From: the human T2T-CHM13v2.0 reference genome, Homo sapiens
Length of the DNA stretch: 64,000 nt
NCBI RefSeq assembly: GCF_009914755.1
Contig: NC_060944.1
Direction: 5' to 3' (one strand)
Part shown: positions 32,096 to 46,376 of the stretch, piece by piece
How the letters are laid out: each line of letters opens with the position of its first letter
Position numbering within the stretch: the first letter of the stretch is position 1
Made by a program: the position numbers and the translations under genes
The notes under the pieces: generated by a model
Told to the model about the DNA's origin: nothing
Seen by the model: the letters and a program-made list of their open reading frames with translations, nothing else
The model's database searches: none

Positions 32096-33399
32096 CAGAG
32101 ACAGAGAGAGAATGGCACTTTTACATAAGTGCTATGAAAGAGAGCAGGGGCCCCAGGCTACCATGCAAGCTTATATCAGTGTTGCATTTGGTATGAGTTC
32201 ATCCAATTATTTAATGAAAGTATGGTTAGAGTGCATTTCAAGATTCCATATTTTTTGTGGAAAATACTCAGATTTTTATATGATCACCATGGTGCCGGAA
32301 AAACACTAACACAGACAGAAAACCATGTTTTAGTCTTGGGATAGCAACTATGTGTTATTAAGATATAATTTTTTAAATTGCACTCTTCAGTTTTTTCATT
32401 ATAAATAACAGATATTAAAAGACATCTTTGAAGGCTGTTGTGAGGACTGAATTTGTATGTATGAACTTTTTAACTTCTAAGATGCTATTTAAACATTTGG
32501 TGGCAGTAACATTGATGGTAAGGACCCTTCAGCATTTTGCTGGTTTTCAAAGACTATCATGTGGAACAAGATCTATTACTATACTGGCCTAGTTAATCTT
32601 CTACAACAGCTGGAACCAGTGCTCAACTGACTAGATGGTGGTGGTGATAGGGTATCAATTTCCCTAGCTAAAAATGTTGAAGTGTCTATATAAAAGGAAA
32701 CATTATTTATTCCTCTTACTAGTAAAGAAAACAAAAAGAAAGAAAAATTAACATGGAATGACATGTGGGGCACTGCTTAAGCGCTTTCTATATCCACAGA
32801 GGGAACTGGGGACAAAAATTAATAAATTAAGACAATCTTAAATTCCATTAACATATGTGCAAGCAGCTGCAAAAAACAAGTGGATTAGTAAAGAAGTAAG
32901 AAAGAAGATCAAACTTTATTCACTATAATAATCTCAACTAGATCCCTTAAATACCTAAGTCTGTAACTGCTATGGAATGAAACTGTAATTACAGATGGTG
33001 AGACACACTCACTGTGATTAAATGTATGTAATCTGGACATTCACTTAGGTTGTAAATCCAGACTATACACAAATTACAGACCCACTTATTGTATTTGTGC
33101 TATAATCTTTAAGGACGAAAACACTGAAGAAATTTGAGAGGAGAACCACAATGAATATTAAAACAGAGCAGTTAACAAGAATTTGAATGCATATTATTTT
33201 GGTTGCTAGTAACAGATTCCTAATTAGAAAAATCTAAAGCAGAAAGGGGAATTTGCCAGCTCATAAAATCTAAGAGGAAAAAAACCAAAGGGGTTAACCC
33301 TGGTATGATCAACTGGAACCACAAGGCCAGTGGAGTAGAGTTAGGATTAGACAAACAAATCCACAGATGTCCACAACACACAAATGGACAGAACAAAGA

Positions 33400-33520
33400 G
33401 CCAAGGAACCAGGAAATCAGAGTTCCAGATTTGGTGCTGTATTCTTGAACAAGACACTCTATCTCTCTGAACCGTGCTTTTTTTCCTTCATCTGAAAAAT
33501 TAGACACTGGACTAGTAGTC
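33400..33520 (-). mobile_element. MIR SINE
   Basis: tctctctgaaccgtgctttttccttcatctgaaaaat. Confidence 0.65.
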
Positions 33521-36099
33521 TCTGATGTGCATGTATAGTGTTAGGAGTATTTTCAGTATTAGAGATTCATCTCTACCCACAAGCACAACCAGCATTACCT
33601 GACACTAGACAAGCCAAAACATCAGAGTTCCTTTTGCAAAACCGGACACACAGCTTCCTCTTCAACATGTGGGAATTTATCAAGAGAGGCATTCTGTAGC
33701 TAGAAGGTAGCTGCTAGTGTTCCACCTTCCCATTACATTTAATAAAGAATTTCTGTCCTTTCAATGAATTTCTGTGCATTGCTTTTTTCTTTTTAATTCC
33801 TATGCGCCAAATCACTTGAATGCCATTCTCTCTTTGAGGAATTACATATCTATGGAGAAAAATAAATATATTGACACACAGACAGTTTGGAGGTCAGGTG
33901 AGCGAGAAAATACTGGGGAAACGATGAATATTCTCTACTGAAAACACATACATTAACTCCAGAACAAAAGATTATAAATATATTATTTAAATACCAAAGT
34001 AGGATAACAATTTATACTTCCTGGAAGATCAAGGACTTTTTCTCTTAAGATGCACTTAAGTCTACAAGATTGTCTCCATCGTCCTATAAGATGTATATTA
34101 AGTTAACTGCATTCTACCATTTGCTGCTCCTACAAAAATCCCAATGGAATGATGTTCACTACATTCACTTTATAGAAGAGAAACCAAAGGAAACAAAGAA
34201 AGAACCTTAGGCATATGGAGGTAAATGAGCCTACAGAAACACAAGGAAGAAGTGGGAGCTGGGCATTAAACCACTGGTCCAGGTCTCTGTCTATAAACCC
34301 AGAGGACTACCTGTTCCTGAAGAATCCACCTCCAGCCCAGCTTATGGGTATCATCACTGTGTGCCATTTTCTGGTGATAAGCATAATATTAAGGTCTCCA
34401 AATTAACTTTTAAAGAGGAGAGGAGAGTTGAATTGAAAACAGAGTTAAGTTTGGCCAATAACCATTTTGAAATCCCTTATCTAACAAAATTTAAAAGATA
34501 GGAAGAGTCACCTTATTTCAGAACAGAAAATTCCAAACTTCCAAACCATAATCAAAACTATAATCCCATATACATATGGGAGAGATATTCAATCTTCGGA
34601 TAAATTTACTGACTCTGCCACAAAGATTAGCAGTAATAAACCAAACCAAACTGATAATTCAATTAAAGCCTCAGCTTCTTGATTTAATCAATCATATATG
34701 TACCTAATACTGTACTAGAAATGAGACAAGAGATTTCTTTGTTGCTTTTAAAAAGTTTAACACAGGGAGCTGTCCTCAAGGAAATAATTCAGTTGAGAAG
34801 AAAAAAACAACATATTTTGAAATTCATAAAGCAGTCTAAGAAGAATCAGAAGGCATCTTCTTTTTCTGAATATTCCATCCCAGCATTCTATCTGCAAGTG
34901 GAGGGACCTGGGATCCCACAAACCCATCATCCAGCAACAGTGATGAGTTGAGACAGGTGAACTGCTGACCAAGGGAGCAAGCGGGAATGTCCTACAGAGA
35001 ACTGAAGACTCAGTGGAGGGGAAGCCAAATGGCCTAGGTTTTCAGCCCTAGTTCCAGCATTCTCCATGATTAACTTTTAGGTAAGAAGTTCTTCGCCTTC
35101 AGAATCTACTACCCTGCCAACCCCTAGATGCAGGAGAATGTAGTGAACACCTTCCTCCCTGTTTCCAGCTGCTAGACCTCCATCTCCAGGAGTATCACAA
35201 AGTAGAAGAGGGCAAAATAAAGCCAGATAGTGGCAGAAGGCAAACTGTCCTTTGTGGGAGCAGGTAGGGTGGTATAGATGCATATCTGCATATTAATACT
35301 AAACTAGAAGCCATGAATTTGAGAAGTACAACATTCATTCAACAAATATTTCATATTTTATAAAAGTTCACTTCACAATATTTAAGAATCAGTTCTGTAC
35401 CAACCAATGTGTACATACTGAATAAGGTAAAATTGGTGGTCTCAAGTCATCTATGATATGATAATCAATAAACAATCAATGTTAGAAGGGAAAATCAAGC
35501 AGGATAAGAGAGACACAGTTGTATGACAGGTATGGAGGGAGACAGTATTTTAATCAGGATGGTCAAGCATCCTCTCTGAGAAAGCTAAAATTTAGAGAAA
35601 AACTCCAGCAAGTAAGAGAACAAACAACATAGGTACTGGAGGCTTGAGACAAAAATGTTTCCAGTGTAGTAAAGAAATACATCTCCACAGACAATTTATA
35701 TAACACAGATACTAGGCCTAATGACCAGGTATGTTCATCATTTTACATCAAGAAAAGGAGGGGCTAGTTGGTATTCCGCTGATTGTTAACAGTTGGTATC
35801 CTTAATGGTTGTTAACTATCTTGACTATCCCATGACAAAAAGTAAATTTTCATTAAATTACTGTTCTTCTAAGAAATGTACTACAAAAACCACCCCTGTA
35901 GGTTTTAAATAACAACAATAATAACAAAAACCCCACAAAATAATACAAAATGAAAGTATCTGTCTTACTCCAAGGCCTATTCTATAGATGTAAGTACCAT
36001 CAAGAGTTCCTTGTAGGCAAAAGCCACACCAAGGCAATTTTCAATGCCCTATATTCACTGTCACTTAGCCCTAAAAAAAATTCTTCTTATCAATAAAGT

Positions 36100-37890
36100 C
36101 ACGAAAAAAAGTTTTTATCAGAAAAAACGGAGTTCTTTGTATATCCTTTCTGAAATTATCCATATGTAATCTGGGCATTTTTAAAACTTTTCATTCAATA
36201 GATCATGTCATATAAACTATTCTCAATCTGACTTTTTAAATTCAACAATATAACTCAGAGATCCTCCATCTCAGCACACACAAATTTAGCTTAGACTTTT
36301 CAACAATGAATATGCTCTTGGACATAGATGTTATCACTTCTTTATTTAGTATCCTATTGATGGACATTTAGATTGTTACCAATTTTGGTTTTTTGCCATT
36401 GCAAGTAATGCCACAGTGAACATCTGGACATATTTACCTTTCACACGTGTATGAATATATCTATAGGACATATTTCTAAACACAGAGTTGATGAATCAAT
36501 CAGCATACTCATTTATTTGCTACAGATTCCTAAACTTTCCTCTAAAAACATTTATACCCACAAGAAACAGTGTTTGAGAGTACCTATTTTCCCTATGGGG
36601 AAATGCCAGCCTTACAAAAACTGGGTATTAGCAAACTTTTTGATTATTACTAATCTGATACATGAAAAATAGTAGTATCACACTACTGTCTTGATTTGTA
36701 TTTATTTATGAATAAGGTAATTACCTATATGTTTACAAGCCATTTGTGTTTCTTTATCTGTGAGCTGCTTTCACATCTGTGGCATACACAACTGTTTGCC
36801 TACATATTATCCATTCTCCCTATCTTCCTTACAGTAAGGCAACCCCCAATTTTGTTTGGGGCAGAAAAGTGCCTAGCTTCCCAAACTCTTTTGTGGCTGG
36901 TTAGCTAAGTGGCAAAGTTTTCTAGCAGAGCTTATTAAAGGGCAGACTTCACTAGCACAAATTTTATTGGCTGCTGCCATCTGCTTCAGACTTTGTGCCT
37001 GAAAGTGGAACAACTATCTTGTTCTCATGAAGAATAAAGCCACCTACTAAAGACAGCCAAACAGAAAGAGGCTAAGCCCCAAATGCACTATGAAGCCTGT
37101 GTGCCAGGCTGAAAGGCTGGATTGCTTTCAGATGTTTTATGTGAGAAAATAAAAGCCCTCATTTTGTTAAGCCCTTCTGTCTGGATTTGTCATATCAACA
37201 TAATCCCAAACTGAAAATTTCCTTCATCCAGATCTTTATTGGGTACTTGTATTTTTTTCTTACTAATTTGCTATACTCTTTACTTATTAAGGCAGTAAGC
37301 CCTTGGCTATTATGTGTTGCAAATATTTTTCCCCAGTTGGTCATATATTTGTTAATTTTGTCTATGATCTTTTTTGTAATACAGAAGTTTTTAATGCTTA
37401 TGTAATCAAAATATGTAGTCTCTTTCTTCTAAGGCTTCTGTGTTGGCAGTTTTACAAGAAAGGTCTTCCCTAATCAAAAATTATGAAAATAACTTATCCA
37501 TGTTTTCTATTTGTGCTTTTACAATTACAATTTTTAATTTTAGAACTTCAGTTCTTCTGGACTTAATTTTGGTATAAAGACTACAGTGAAGATCTTGTTG
37601 CTGTTTTATATTCCTAAATGGTCAGCCAATTGCCCAACATAAATTTCTTGAAAAAGGCCTCTCTTACCCATTGACTTGAAATACATTTTTAATCACATAG
37701 TAAATTCCCATATGTATTTGCATCTGTACCTAGATTATCCTGTTCCATTGATGAAATTATTCCTATATAAATTTCGAGTGGCTTTATTTTCACAATATTC
37801 TTTGCTGCTTTCATATCATTTTTCCACATTATCTTAAACATCAGCTTGACAAATACTCTTGCCTTGACTTTAATTAGAATTTTCATATGG
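36100..37890 (-). mobile_element. Ancient L1ME, interrupted by an MLT1J/K-like LTR at ~36790-37210
   Basis: cctattgatggacatttagattgtt, tgtgttgcaaatattttccccag (antisense ORF2); LTR end gtgagaaaataaaagccctcattttgttaagcc. Confidence 0.7.
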
Positions 37891-39388
37891 TCATAATTTA
37901 ATTAACTGTGATTTTGCTTTAGGGTCAGAATGTCCTGATAATATTTTCCCAGGAAAGCCTAAAGACAGAGTCAATTATAGCCTTGTCACTCCAAAATTCT
38001 GGGATCATGTGTATTCTTACACAAAGAAACGTGGCGTGGTACCCTAAAATAAAATACGCAAGTAGACTTGTACATAATTTAAAAGGATCGCTTATGCCTT
38101 TGATCAAATAAGTATCTTTGTAGAATGTCTTCTGAGATGTACATAGTAGGAAATGCAACATTTTTTTCACAGTCAGTTCTTACTCTGCTATCTATTTTAT
38201 TTGCCACAGGCTATAATCACCATCCATAATACTCCAAGAAAATAATTCTCAGCAACCCTCAGCCTACTCCCAAAAAACAGGACGAAAAGAACACAAAACA
38301 AACCAACCAACAAACAAAAAAAACCCTTAGTTCTAAGAGGGGTTAGATGGCAAGTTGTCTTCGAGTGAGGTAAAAACACCCAGGATTGGTATATTTTTAG
38401 GTCAATTAATCATGTGTATATGGAAGAATTCACTGATACAGTGTTTAAAACATGTATAGCATTAAAACTTTTTTTTCTGGGTGAATAGAGTGTTTGCTCA
38501 TTAAATTCTAGATTCTATGTGTGCTAACTATCTTATGGTATCTACACTATAGTCCAAAGGCACCAGTGCTCCCGAGCAATGCCTTTTGCTTCAGGAGGAC
38601 TATGCTGGTATCTTTTATGTGGACTTGGTAAACAAAGTTGATATGGCCAAATAATGCAGGTGAGCAACTTGGGGTACATGGGACTGTCTCCACCAATCAC
38701 TGCCTGAAGACCTTCCAAAGGACATCGGACCTTAAAGAACATTATACATTTAGTTATTGTTGCTCATTGTGTTTCCTTCTCTGATTTATTTCCTTATATA
38801 CCCAATTTTACCATGAGAGCAACTCTATTCACTTTTACTTTGTGTGGTCAGATCCCACTTACTGTGCAGAAGCACATAACATAGAGGCCTTCTAGCACGC
38901 TTTTAATTCCTATGTAAAATCAGTTTAATGTAGCTTTGTGTACTCTCATTAACTTTGTTTTTAAGTAAGTAAATAAATAAATCTATTTTATTGTGACAAC
39001 AATGGCTTTGCACAGCTGCTGTGTGGGAAGCTTGATAAAATGGTGATTGCTGATATTCCAGTTTCTATTAAGTTTCTGGATTCTTCAATATTTTTCACTT
39101 TGATGATTGTACTGAGAGGTTATACAGTTACATAATTATAAATGCATACTGTTATACGTGAACTTACAACTCTAGGTCTAGAAATACTGCAATGTTTACA
39201 TTGTGAACTTTAGATGAAACTGTCACATATCCCTATATAGTGAATCACTGTATCCTGAACCCTATAATAGGGAGTCACCCATTAATGCAGGAGGACTTTT
39301 ACATAGAAAGCTATAATTCAATTGTACAACATATCAGTGCAATGATACACAGGGTGTTGCATCTCACTTGAATGTACTTCTCTATATA

Positions 39389-41751
39389 AAGGCATACCTT
39401 GAAGATACCGAAGGTTCATTTCCAAACAACTTCAATAGAGCAAATAACACAATAAATGGCAAATCACAATAAAGTGAGTCATGCAAGTTTTTTGGTTTCC
39501 CAGTGCATATGAAAGTTATGTTTACACTACTATACTATAATTTACTAACTGTATAGCAGTGCTATGTCTAAAAAATGTAAATAACTTAATTTAAAAGTAC
39601 TTTTATTGCAAAAATGCTAATGATTATCTGAGACTTAGATGAGTCATATCCTTTTGCTGGTGGGCGGTCTTGCCTCGATGTTGAAGGCTGCTGTTGGATC
39701 AGAGTGATGGCTCATGAAGACTGAGGTGGCTGTGACAATTCCTTAAAATAAGATGGCAATGAAGTTTGCTGCATTAATTGACTTCCTTTCATGAAAGATT
39801 TCTTTGTAGCATGCAATGTTGTTTAATCACATTTTACTCACAGTAGAGCTTTCAAAATTAAAGTCAGTCCTCTCAAACCTTGAAGTTGCTTTATCAAATA
39901 AGTTATGCAATATCCTAATTCTTTGTCCTTATTTCAACAATGTTCACAGCTTCTTCACCAGGAGAAGATTTCATCTCAAGAAATCACTTTCTTTGCTCAT
40001 CCACAGAAGCAACTCCTCATCCGTTAAAGTTTTATCATAAAATTGCAGCAATTCAGTCACATCTTCAGGCACCATTCTAATTCTAGTTTCTTGATATATC
40101 TACCAAGTCTACAGTTACTTCCTCCGATGAAGTCTTAAACTCCTCAAAGTCATCAATGAGGGTTAGAATATACTTCTTCCAAACTCTTGTGAATGTTATT
40201 TTGACCTCTTCCCATGAATCACAAATGTTCCCAATGGCATCTAGAAGGTTTTTAATTTACTTGACCCAGATTTCAAAAGCAACAAATCCTGATGGAGAAG
40301 GTTTTCTAAAGGTTTTTAATTTACTTGTCCCCGGTTCATCAGAAGAATCACTATCTATGGCAGCTATAGCCTTATAAAATGTATTCCTTAAATAATAAAG
40401 AGTTTCAGTATGGATATTATGTTAGCAGGCATGAAAACATTAATCTCCTTGTACATCTCCATCAGAACCCTTGGACGACCAGGTGCATTGTCATAGAACA
40501 AAACTATTTTGAAAGGAATATTTTTTCCTGAGCAGCAGCTCTCAACAGTGGGATTAAAGTATTCAGTAAACTGTGCTGTAAACAGATGTGCTGTCATCTA
40601 GACTTTGTTGTCCCATTTATAAGGCACAGGAAGAGTAGATTTAGCATAAGTCCTAAGGGCCATAGGATTTTTTGAATGATAAATAAGCATTGGCTTCAAT
40701 TGAAAATCACCAGCTGCATTAGTTTCTAACAAGAGAGTCAGCATGTTCTCAGAAGCCAAGGCACTGACTTCTCCTGGCCAGCTATGAAAGTCCTAGATGG
40801 CATCATCTTCCAACAGAAGGCCATTTTTGTCTGCCTTCAAAATCTGTTGTTTAGTGTAGTCACCTTCTTCAGTGATCTTAGCTAGATCTTCTGGATAACT
40901 TGTGGCAGCTTCTCCATAAGGACTTGTTGCTTCTTCTTGCATTTTTATATTATGGAGGCAGCTTCTTTCCTTATACCTCATGAATGAATCTCTGCTAGAT
41001 TCAACTTTTCTTCTGCAGCTTCCTCACCTCTCTCAGCCTTAACAGAATTAAAGAGAGTTAGGATCTTGCTCTGGATTGGGATCCTTAACACTGAGTGTTA
41101 TATCAGATGTTCTATCCCCATACCAAGCTGTTTCACTTCCTTATCATCTGTGTGTTCACTAGAGTAGCACTTTTTAATTTCCTTCAAGAACTTTTCCTTT
41201 GCATTCACAACTTGGCTAACTGGTGTAGGAGGCTTACCTTTTGACCCATCTCAGCTTTTGACATGCCTTCCTCACTAACCTTAATCATTTCTAGCTTTTG
41301 ACTTAAAGTGAGAGATTTGCAACTCTTCAATTCACCTGAAGATGCAGAGTCATTAATTGGCCTAATTTCAATATTTTTGTGTCTCAGTGAATAAGGAGGC
41401 CAAGGACAGCAAGAGAAACAGGGGAACAATTGGTTAGTGGAGGAATCAGAGCATACACATTTATTACACACAGGTTTACAGTCTTTTATGACCACAGTTT
41501 GTGGCACCCCAAAACATTACCATAGTAACATCAAAGATCACTGATGACAGACTATCAGCACAGATACAGTAACAATAAAAAAGCTTGAGATATTGCAAGA
41601 ATTACCAAAATGTGACATAGAAATACAAAGTGAGCATACACTGTTGGAAAAATGGCATCAACAGATTTGTTCAATGCAGAGTTGCCATAGATCTTCAATT
41701 TGTTTTGAAAAATGCAGTATCTGCTAAGCATAATAAAATGAGGTATGCCTC
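39389..41751 (-). mobile_element. Tigger1 DNA transposon, near full length (2363 bp), decayed transposase on minus strand
   Basis: TIRs ta|aaggcatacct ... aggtatgcctc|ta; ORF fragments [56 protein letters not shown]. Confidence 0.96.
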
Positions 41752-41994
41752 TATTCCATTCTTAGTGAACTCGCTGAACATACTAAATACCTGCTCTGTA
41801 CTCAATGCTCTCCCAAGCAGTGTGATACACATACATTAAAAAAAAAAAAAAATTCCTGAAAAACCTACAACTCTGTTGGCCAGACACAATTTACTTATAT
41901 AAAGCTAGAAAACAGCATATAGTAATATTTTAAATTTTTATATATACAAATTCATATATATACATATTCCATACATACTATAAATATGTACATC

Positions 41995-42100
41995 TCACTA
42001 GAATCTACAGGCAACTAGACTATCTGTTCACCACTGACCACCCAGAACAGTGTCTGACACATAGTAGGTGATCAACAAATATTTCTTAAGTAAATAAATG
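41995..42100 (+). mobile_element. L2 3' end
   Basis: agaacagtgtctgacacatagtaggtgatcaacaaatattt. Confidence 0.75.
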
Positions 42101-43069
42101 AGAAGCTATTGAGCTATTGGAATCTGAGAAGGGCATACTCACTTTATTAGGGAAAGGCCTCAGGATGGAGAAAAGAAGGAAAATCCGCCCTTGGATAATG
42201 GGTTGAACTTGGTTCAACATCATGGTGCTGAGCAAACACTAGATAATCAGTCACAGCTCTTGACTATTTGGACAATGTGAACATTGATAAAGGTCACAAA
42301 GAAGAGTGCTCAGAATATGGCAGACACTTAGTATCCACTACATGATCTGGACCTAGAGAAAGGCTGAAGGCTGCGTGACCAGGACATGTGGAAAGATGAT
42401 GTCCCTAACAGGCAGTGCTGGGAAAAGAGCCAACTGGGTTTAGACATGGAATAGTTTTGTCAAATCAAGGAACTAATGATTAATGAAAGGAGCCAAGAAG
42501 AGAAGGGACAGGAACAAAGTCTGGAAGTCCAAGGGACAATAATGTAGAGACCACTAGATCTATGGAGGAGGAGAAACAACATGAAAAGAAAATCAAATGG
42601 ACTAAAATGGAAACATCAGAGAGGAATGGCAAGGAACTGATGGTGCAGACAGGGGAACTCACTGAAATCGGAACAGCAGGGGAAGAAACAGACCTGAGGG
42701 ATCTTGTGGCAAAAGAGAAGAATGGATGAGGGAATTGCTATAAAAGACAGCAACTGGTGGCCAAGACGTTCAAGAGAGTGGTATTGTCTTCAGGATCTAC
42801 TTAGCATGTTGATGACACAATGGTCACATTAATCAGGGAGTTAACTGTTTAATGGAATTCCAATATGATTTTTAGGTGTTTCAAAAAGTCAAGCAAGCAC
42901 TGCTAGACCTGGAGATCTCATGGTGGAAGACTCGCATTGTAAACATTCTCTTCCCACTTGGGAATGGCATATACTTACATTGGGATTTAAGAGCCTAAAC
43001 TGAAAGGGAGGGAGATCATAAAAAGGTGACTCATCACCTAGAAGAGTGCATGGATAGCATCATTAATTT

Positions 43070-43765
43070 TCCTTCATTTATTCTTTAGCTAGTTATTACG
43101 TACTATTCATTACATACTGAACCCCATTCTAGATGATGGGATTACATCAGTAAACAAGATACTGATGGTCCCAGGTCACAGGAAGGTTACATTCTGATGG
43201 CAGAAATGGCTAAGCAAGCAAATACACACATACACATCATTTACAACAGTAATAGTCCCACGGAGGAAACAAACAAGGGGCTGAGAGGGAGGCTGATAGG
43301 GCCAAGAGGAACCCACCACTGCATGGTCTTTCAGAGCAGGTGGTATTTCAATTCTGACTAAAAGATGAGGAAGAAGGAAGATTGGAAAAGATGAGGAAGA
43401 TGAAGGTTGGAAAGAAGGATGTTCCAGATGAAGAAAATAAAACATGCCAAGGTCCTGAGAAGTAAAGAACCTAGGAATTGAGGGGGAAAAAAAAAAAAAC
43501 AAGGAGGCCAGTGTCCTGAGCAAGAAAGTGACCTGGGATGATGTTGAGGAGACAGACAGTAATCACACTGGAAACCATGAAGTAGTGTCTGCATTTCATC
43601 CTCTTTTCAGTGGAGGGCCATCAAAGGGATAAGACAGTGAATTTATATCTTCAGAAATAAAATCTTTAGAGAATGAATTGAAACTTGCTGCTCTGTGGAG
43701 AATGATGGGGTGGGGATAGTTGTCAAGAGAAGAGGCAGGAAGACTGCTTAGGAAACGTCTGTGGT
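43070..43765 (-). mobile_element. L2 fragment
   Basis: aggatgttccagatgaagaaaat ... gaggccagtgt ... agagg caggaagactgcttagga. Confidence 0.7.
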
Positions 43766-44711
43766 AGTTTCAGGGAGAGTTCCTTGGTGAGTCTGGAGAG
43801 ACCTCCATGTCCCCTGGATGGCCTCCCTTCCCCTGTCCCAGGGAGGTATCCTAGCATGGCTGAATGAGCAAACCCTCACCACAGTACTTAGTATATGCCA
43901 TAGCATATGCTGCTTAGAGTAGAAGTGGGACAAAAAGAAACATGACTGAGGACTGAAGCCAGGTGCTCTACCGAAGAGAGAATGTGAGTTACTGCTCCCC
44001 ATCAGGGGGCCCACGTACCACAGCCAAATGTGCGCAAGTGGTTACTAACCTCGACCTGTCATTTCAACCAGATTATTTATATGTCCCCTTGTCATTACAT
44101 GATATCAAGTGCAGTGCCCTAAGGACAGTTGTCAGAGAATTCTGGGCACAGCAAGGCCATTTCCTGTGAAATTCCTTCCCAAGTCTGAGGCTCTGAATTC
44201 CTTCCTTGTGTCAGTCCCTGGAGGCCTTGTTTATCCCTGGAAGCCCCCATCATCCTAATTCAGCAGAGCTCCAAATTGTTAACCTTAGGACACTGGGCAG
44301 GATCTACTTTATAGCTTGTCATTTTTTACTAAATAAAGCCCTGAAAATGCCTAGGAAGACTTCACCAGAAGTCTTCACTTTGTGGTGGAATTTAAGCTGA
44401 CCTGTTTGATTTAATTGCATATTTTTACATTCTACACATGTCTAGGAGCCTTGGGCTGTGGAGAATCTTTTACTGTGTCTAATAAATAAAACAAAAATAA
44501 GGAACTGCAGGATCAAACAATAAATGCCTTCTTAAAAAAACAGGGAAAAATGAGAGCCATTAACTTTTAAAGTTTTTAAAAAACATTTTTGGAGAGTAAA
44601 TCTTATAATTTAACACTGACAAAATGGCTAATAAGATAGCAAGGGTAACTGAAAATTATTAACTCCTTTCCTTCATTTGTATTGGTAAAAATATCTCTGC
44701 CAGAATTAATA

Positions 44712-46107
44712 CAGGGGGTCTTCAAAAAATTCATAGAAACTGTGCATTATGAAACTATGCATGGATTTCAAAAAATGTTTGCATGAAAATAAACTCACAC
44801 TAACTTGTTATAACATGTCTGAAAGAGATCTAGTTTGAAGCACTAAGAAATATAAGACATCAGTTTGAAAAGAGCCCCTCTCATAGTGACATCAATTCTA
44901 CTAAAGTTGAAGAAAGAACAAACATCAAACTTATGGTGAAGGTTGGGTGGGAGAATGGTGGAATCACTGATGCTTTATGAAAAGTTCATGGGGACAATGC
45001 CCCAAATAAATCAGCAGTTTACAAATGCATTACTCATTCTAAGAAGAGACGAGACAATGTTGAAGATGAAGCCTGCAGCAGCAGACCATCCACATCAATT
45101 TGCAAGGAAAAAAATGTGTCTTGTTCATGCCCTGATTACAGAGGACTGACAATTAACAGCAGAAACCATAACCAACACCCTGGTCTGCTGCTGTGCATTT
45201 CATCTTCAACACTGTCTCATCCCTTCTTAAAATGAGTTATCCATTTGTAAACCGCTGATTTACATGGGGCATTGCCCCATAAACTTTTCACAAGGCAATA
45301 GATATCTCAATTGCTTCAGCTTACACAATACTGACTAAAAAATTTAAGTTGAACAAACTCTCCACTCACCAGGTGCCAAAAGTGTTGCAACCAGATCAGC
45401 TGCAGACAAGAGCAGAGCTTTCAATGGGAATTTTAAACAAGCGGGATCAAGATCCTCAAGCACTTCTTCAAAGAACTATAACAGCAGATGAAACATGGCT
45501 TTACTAATAGGATCCAGAAGACAAGGCACAATCAAAGCAATGGCTACAAAGAGATGGAAGTAAACCCATCAGAGCAAAAACATACCAGTCAAGAGCAACG
45601 GTCATGGCAACAGTTTTTTGGGGATGCTAAAGACATTTTGCTTGCTGACTTTCTGGAGGGCCAAAGAATGATAAATCTGCTTATTATGAGAGTGTTCTGA
45701 GACCATCAGCCAAAGCTTTAGCAGAAAAATGCCTAGGAAGACTTCACCAGAGAGTCCTCTACCACAACAACATCCTGCTCACTCCTCTCATCAAACAAGG
45801 GCAATTTTGTGAAAGTTTTGATGGAAAATCATTAGCCCTCCACCATATAGTCCTGATTTGGCTCCTTCTTTTTGTTTGCTATCCTAAAGAAAAAAACCTG
45901 TAAAGGGTGCCAATTATTCTTCAATTAATGATGTAAAAAAGACTGCATTGACACTGTTATATACTCAGGACCCTCAGATCTTTCGGAATGGACTAAATGG
46001 CTGGTATCACTGCTTGCAAAAGTGTCTTTAACTGGCTGAAGCTTATGTTGAGAAATAAAGTTTATATTTTTAATTCCATTTTTCATGAACTTTTTGCAGT
46101 CCCTTCA
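44712..46107 (+). mobile_element. HSMAR2 mariner, full length with internal inverted duplication
   Basis: TIRs cagggggtcttcaaaaaattcat ... catgaactttttgcagtccct; mariner motifs DETWLY (gatgaaacatggctttac) and YSPDLAPS (tatagtcctgatttggctccttct); frameshifted. Confidence 0.95.
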
Positions 46108-46376
46108 CGTGACATCAGTGGCATTGAAAGACCAAATTGATTTGTCAGTCACCTTTGTCTTAATTTATACAGGAGCAAGCACATGACAGCCAAACTTAAG
46201 TCACTCTAAGGAAAAATAAAATAATAAAATAAAATAAAAAGCTTGTAATGAGAAAAGAACTAAATACAAAAGCAAGTACCTACTAGGAAAAAAATGGTCA
46301 GAATAACCCACAAGCCAGACTTTTCTTTTTGTTCACAACATACAAGAAGGAAAAATGTTTTAAAATGGGATCCTAT

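Noticed and set aside
38166-38180. ttcacagtcagtt resembling Y1 RNA
   Set aside because: Only ~13 nt match; flanks unrelated.
40388-41507. Domesticated TIGD/CENP-B-like gene
   Set aside because: Transposase broken into several frames with stops.
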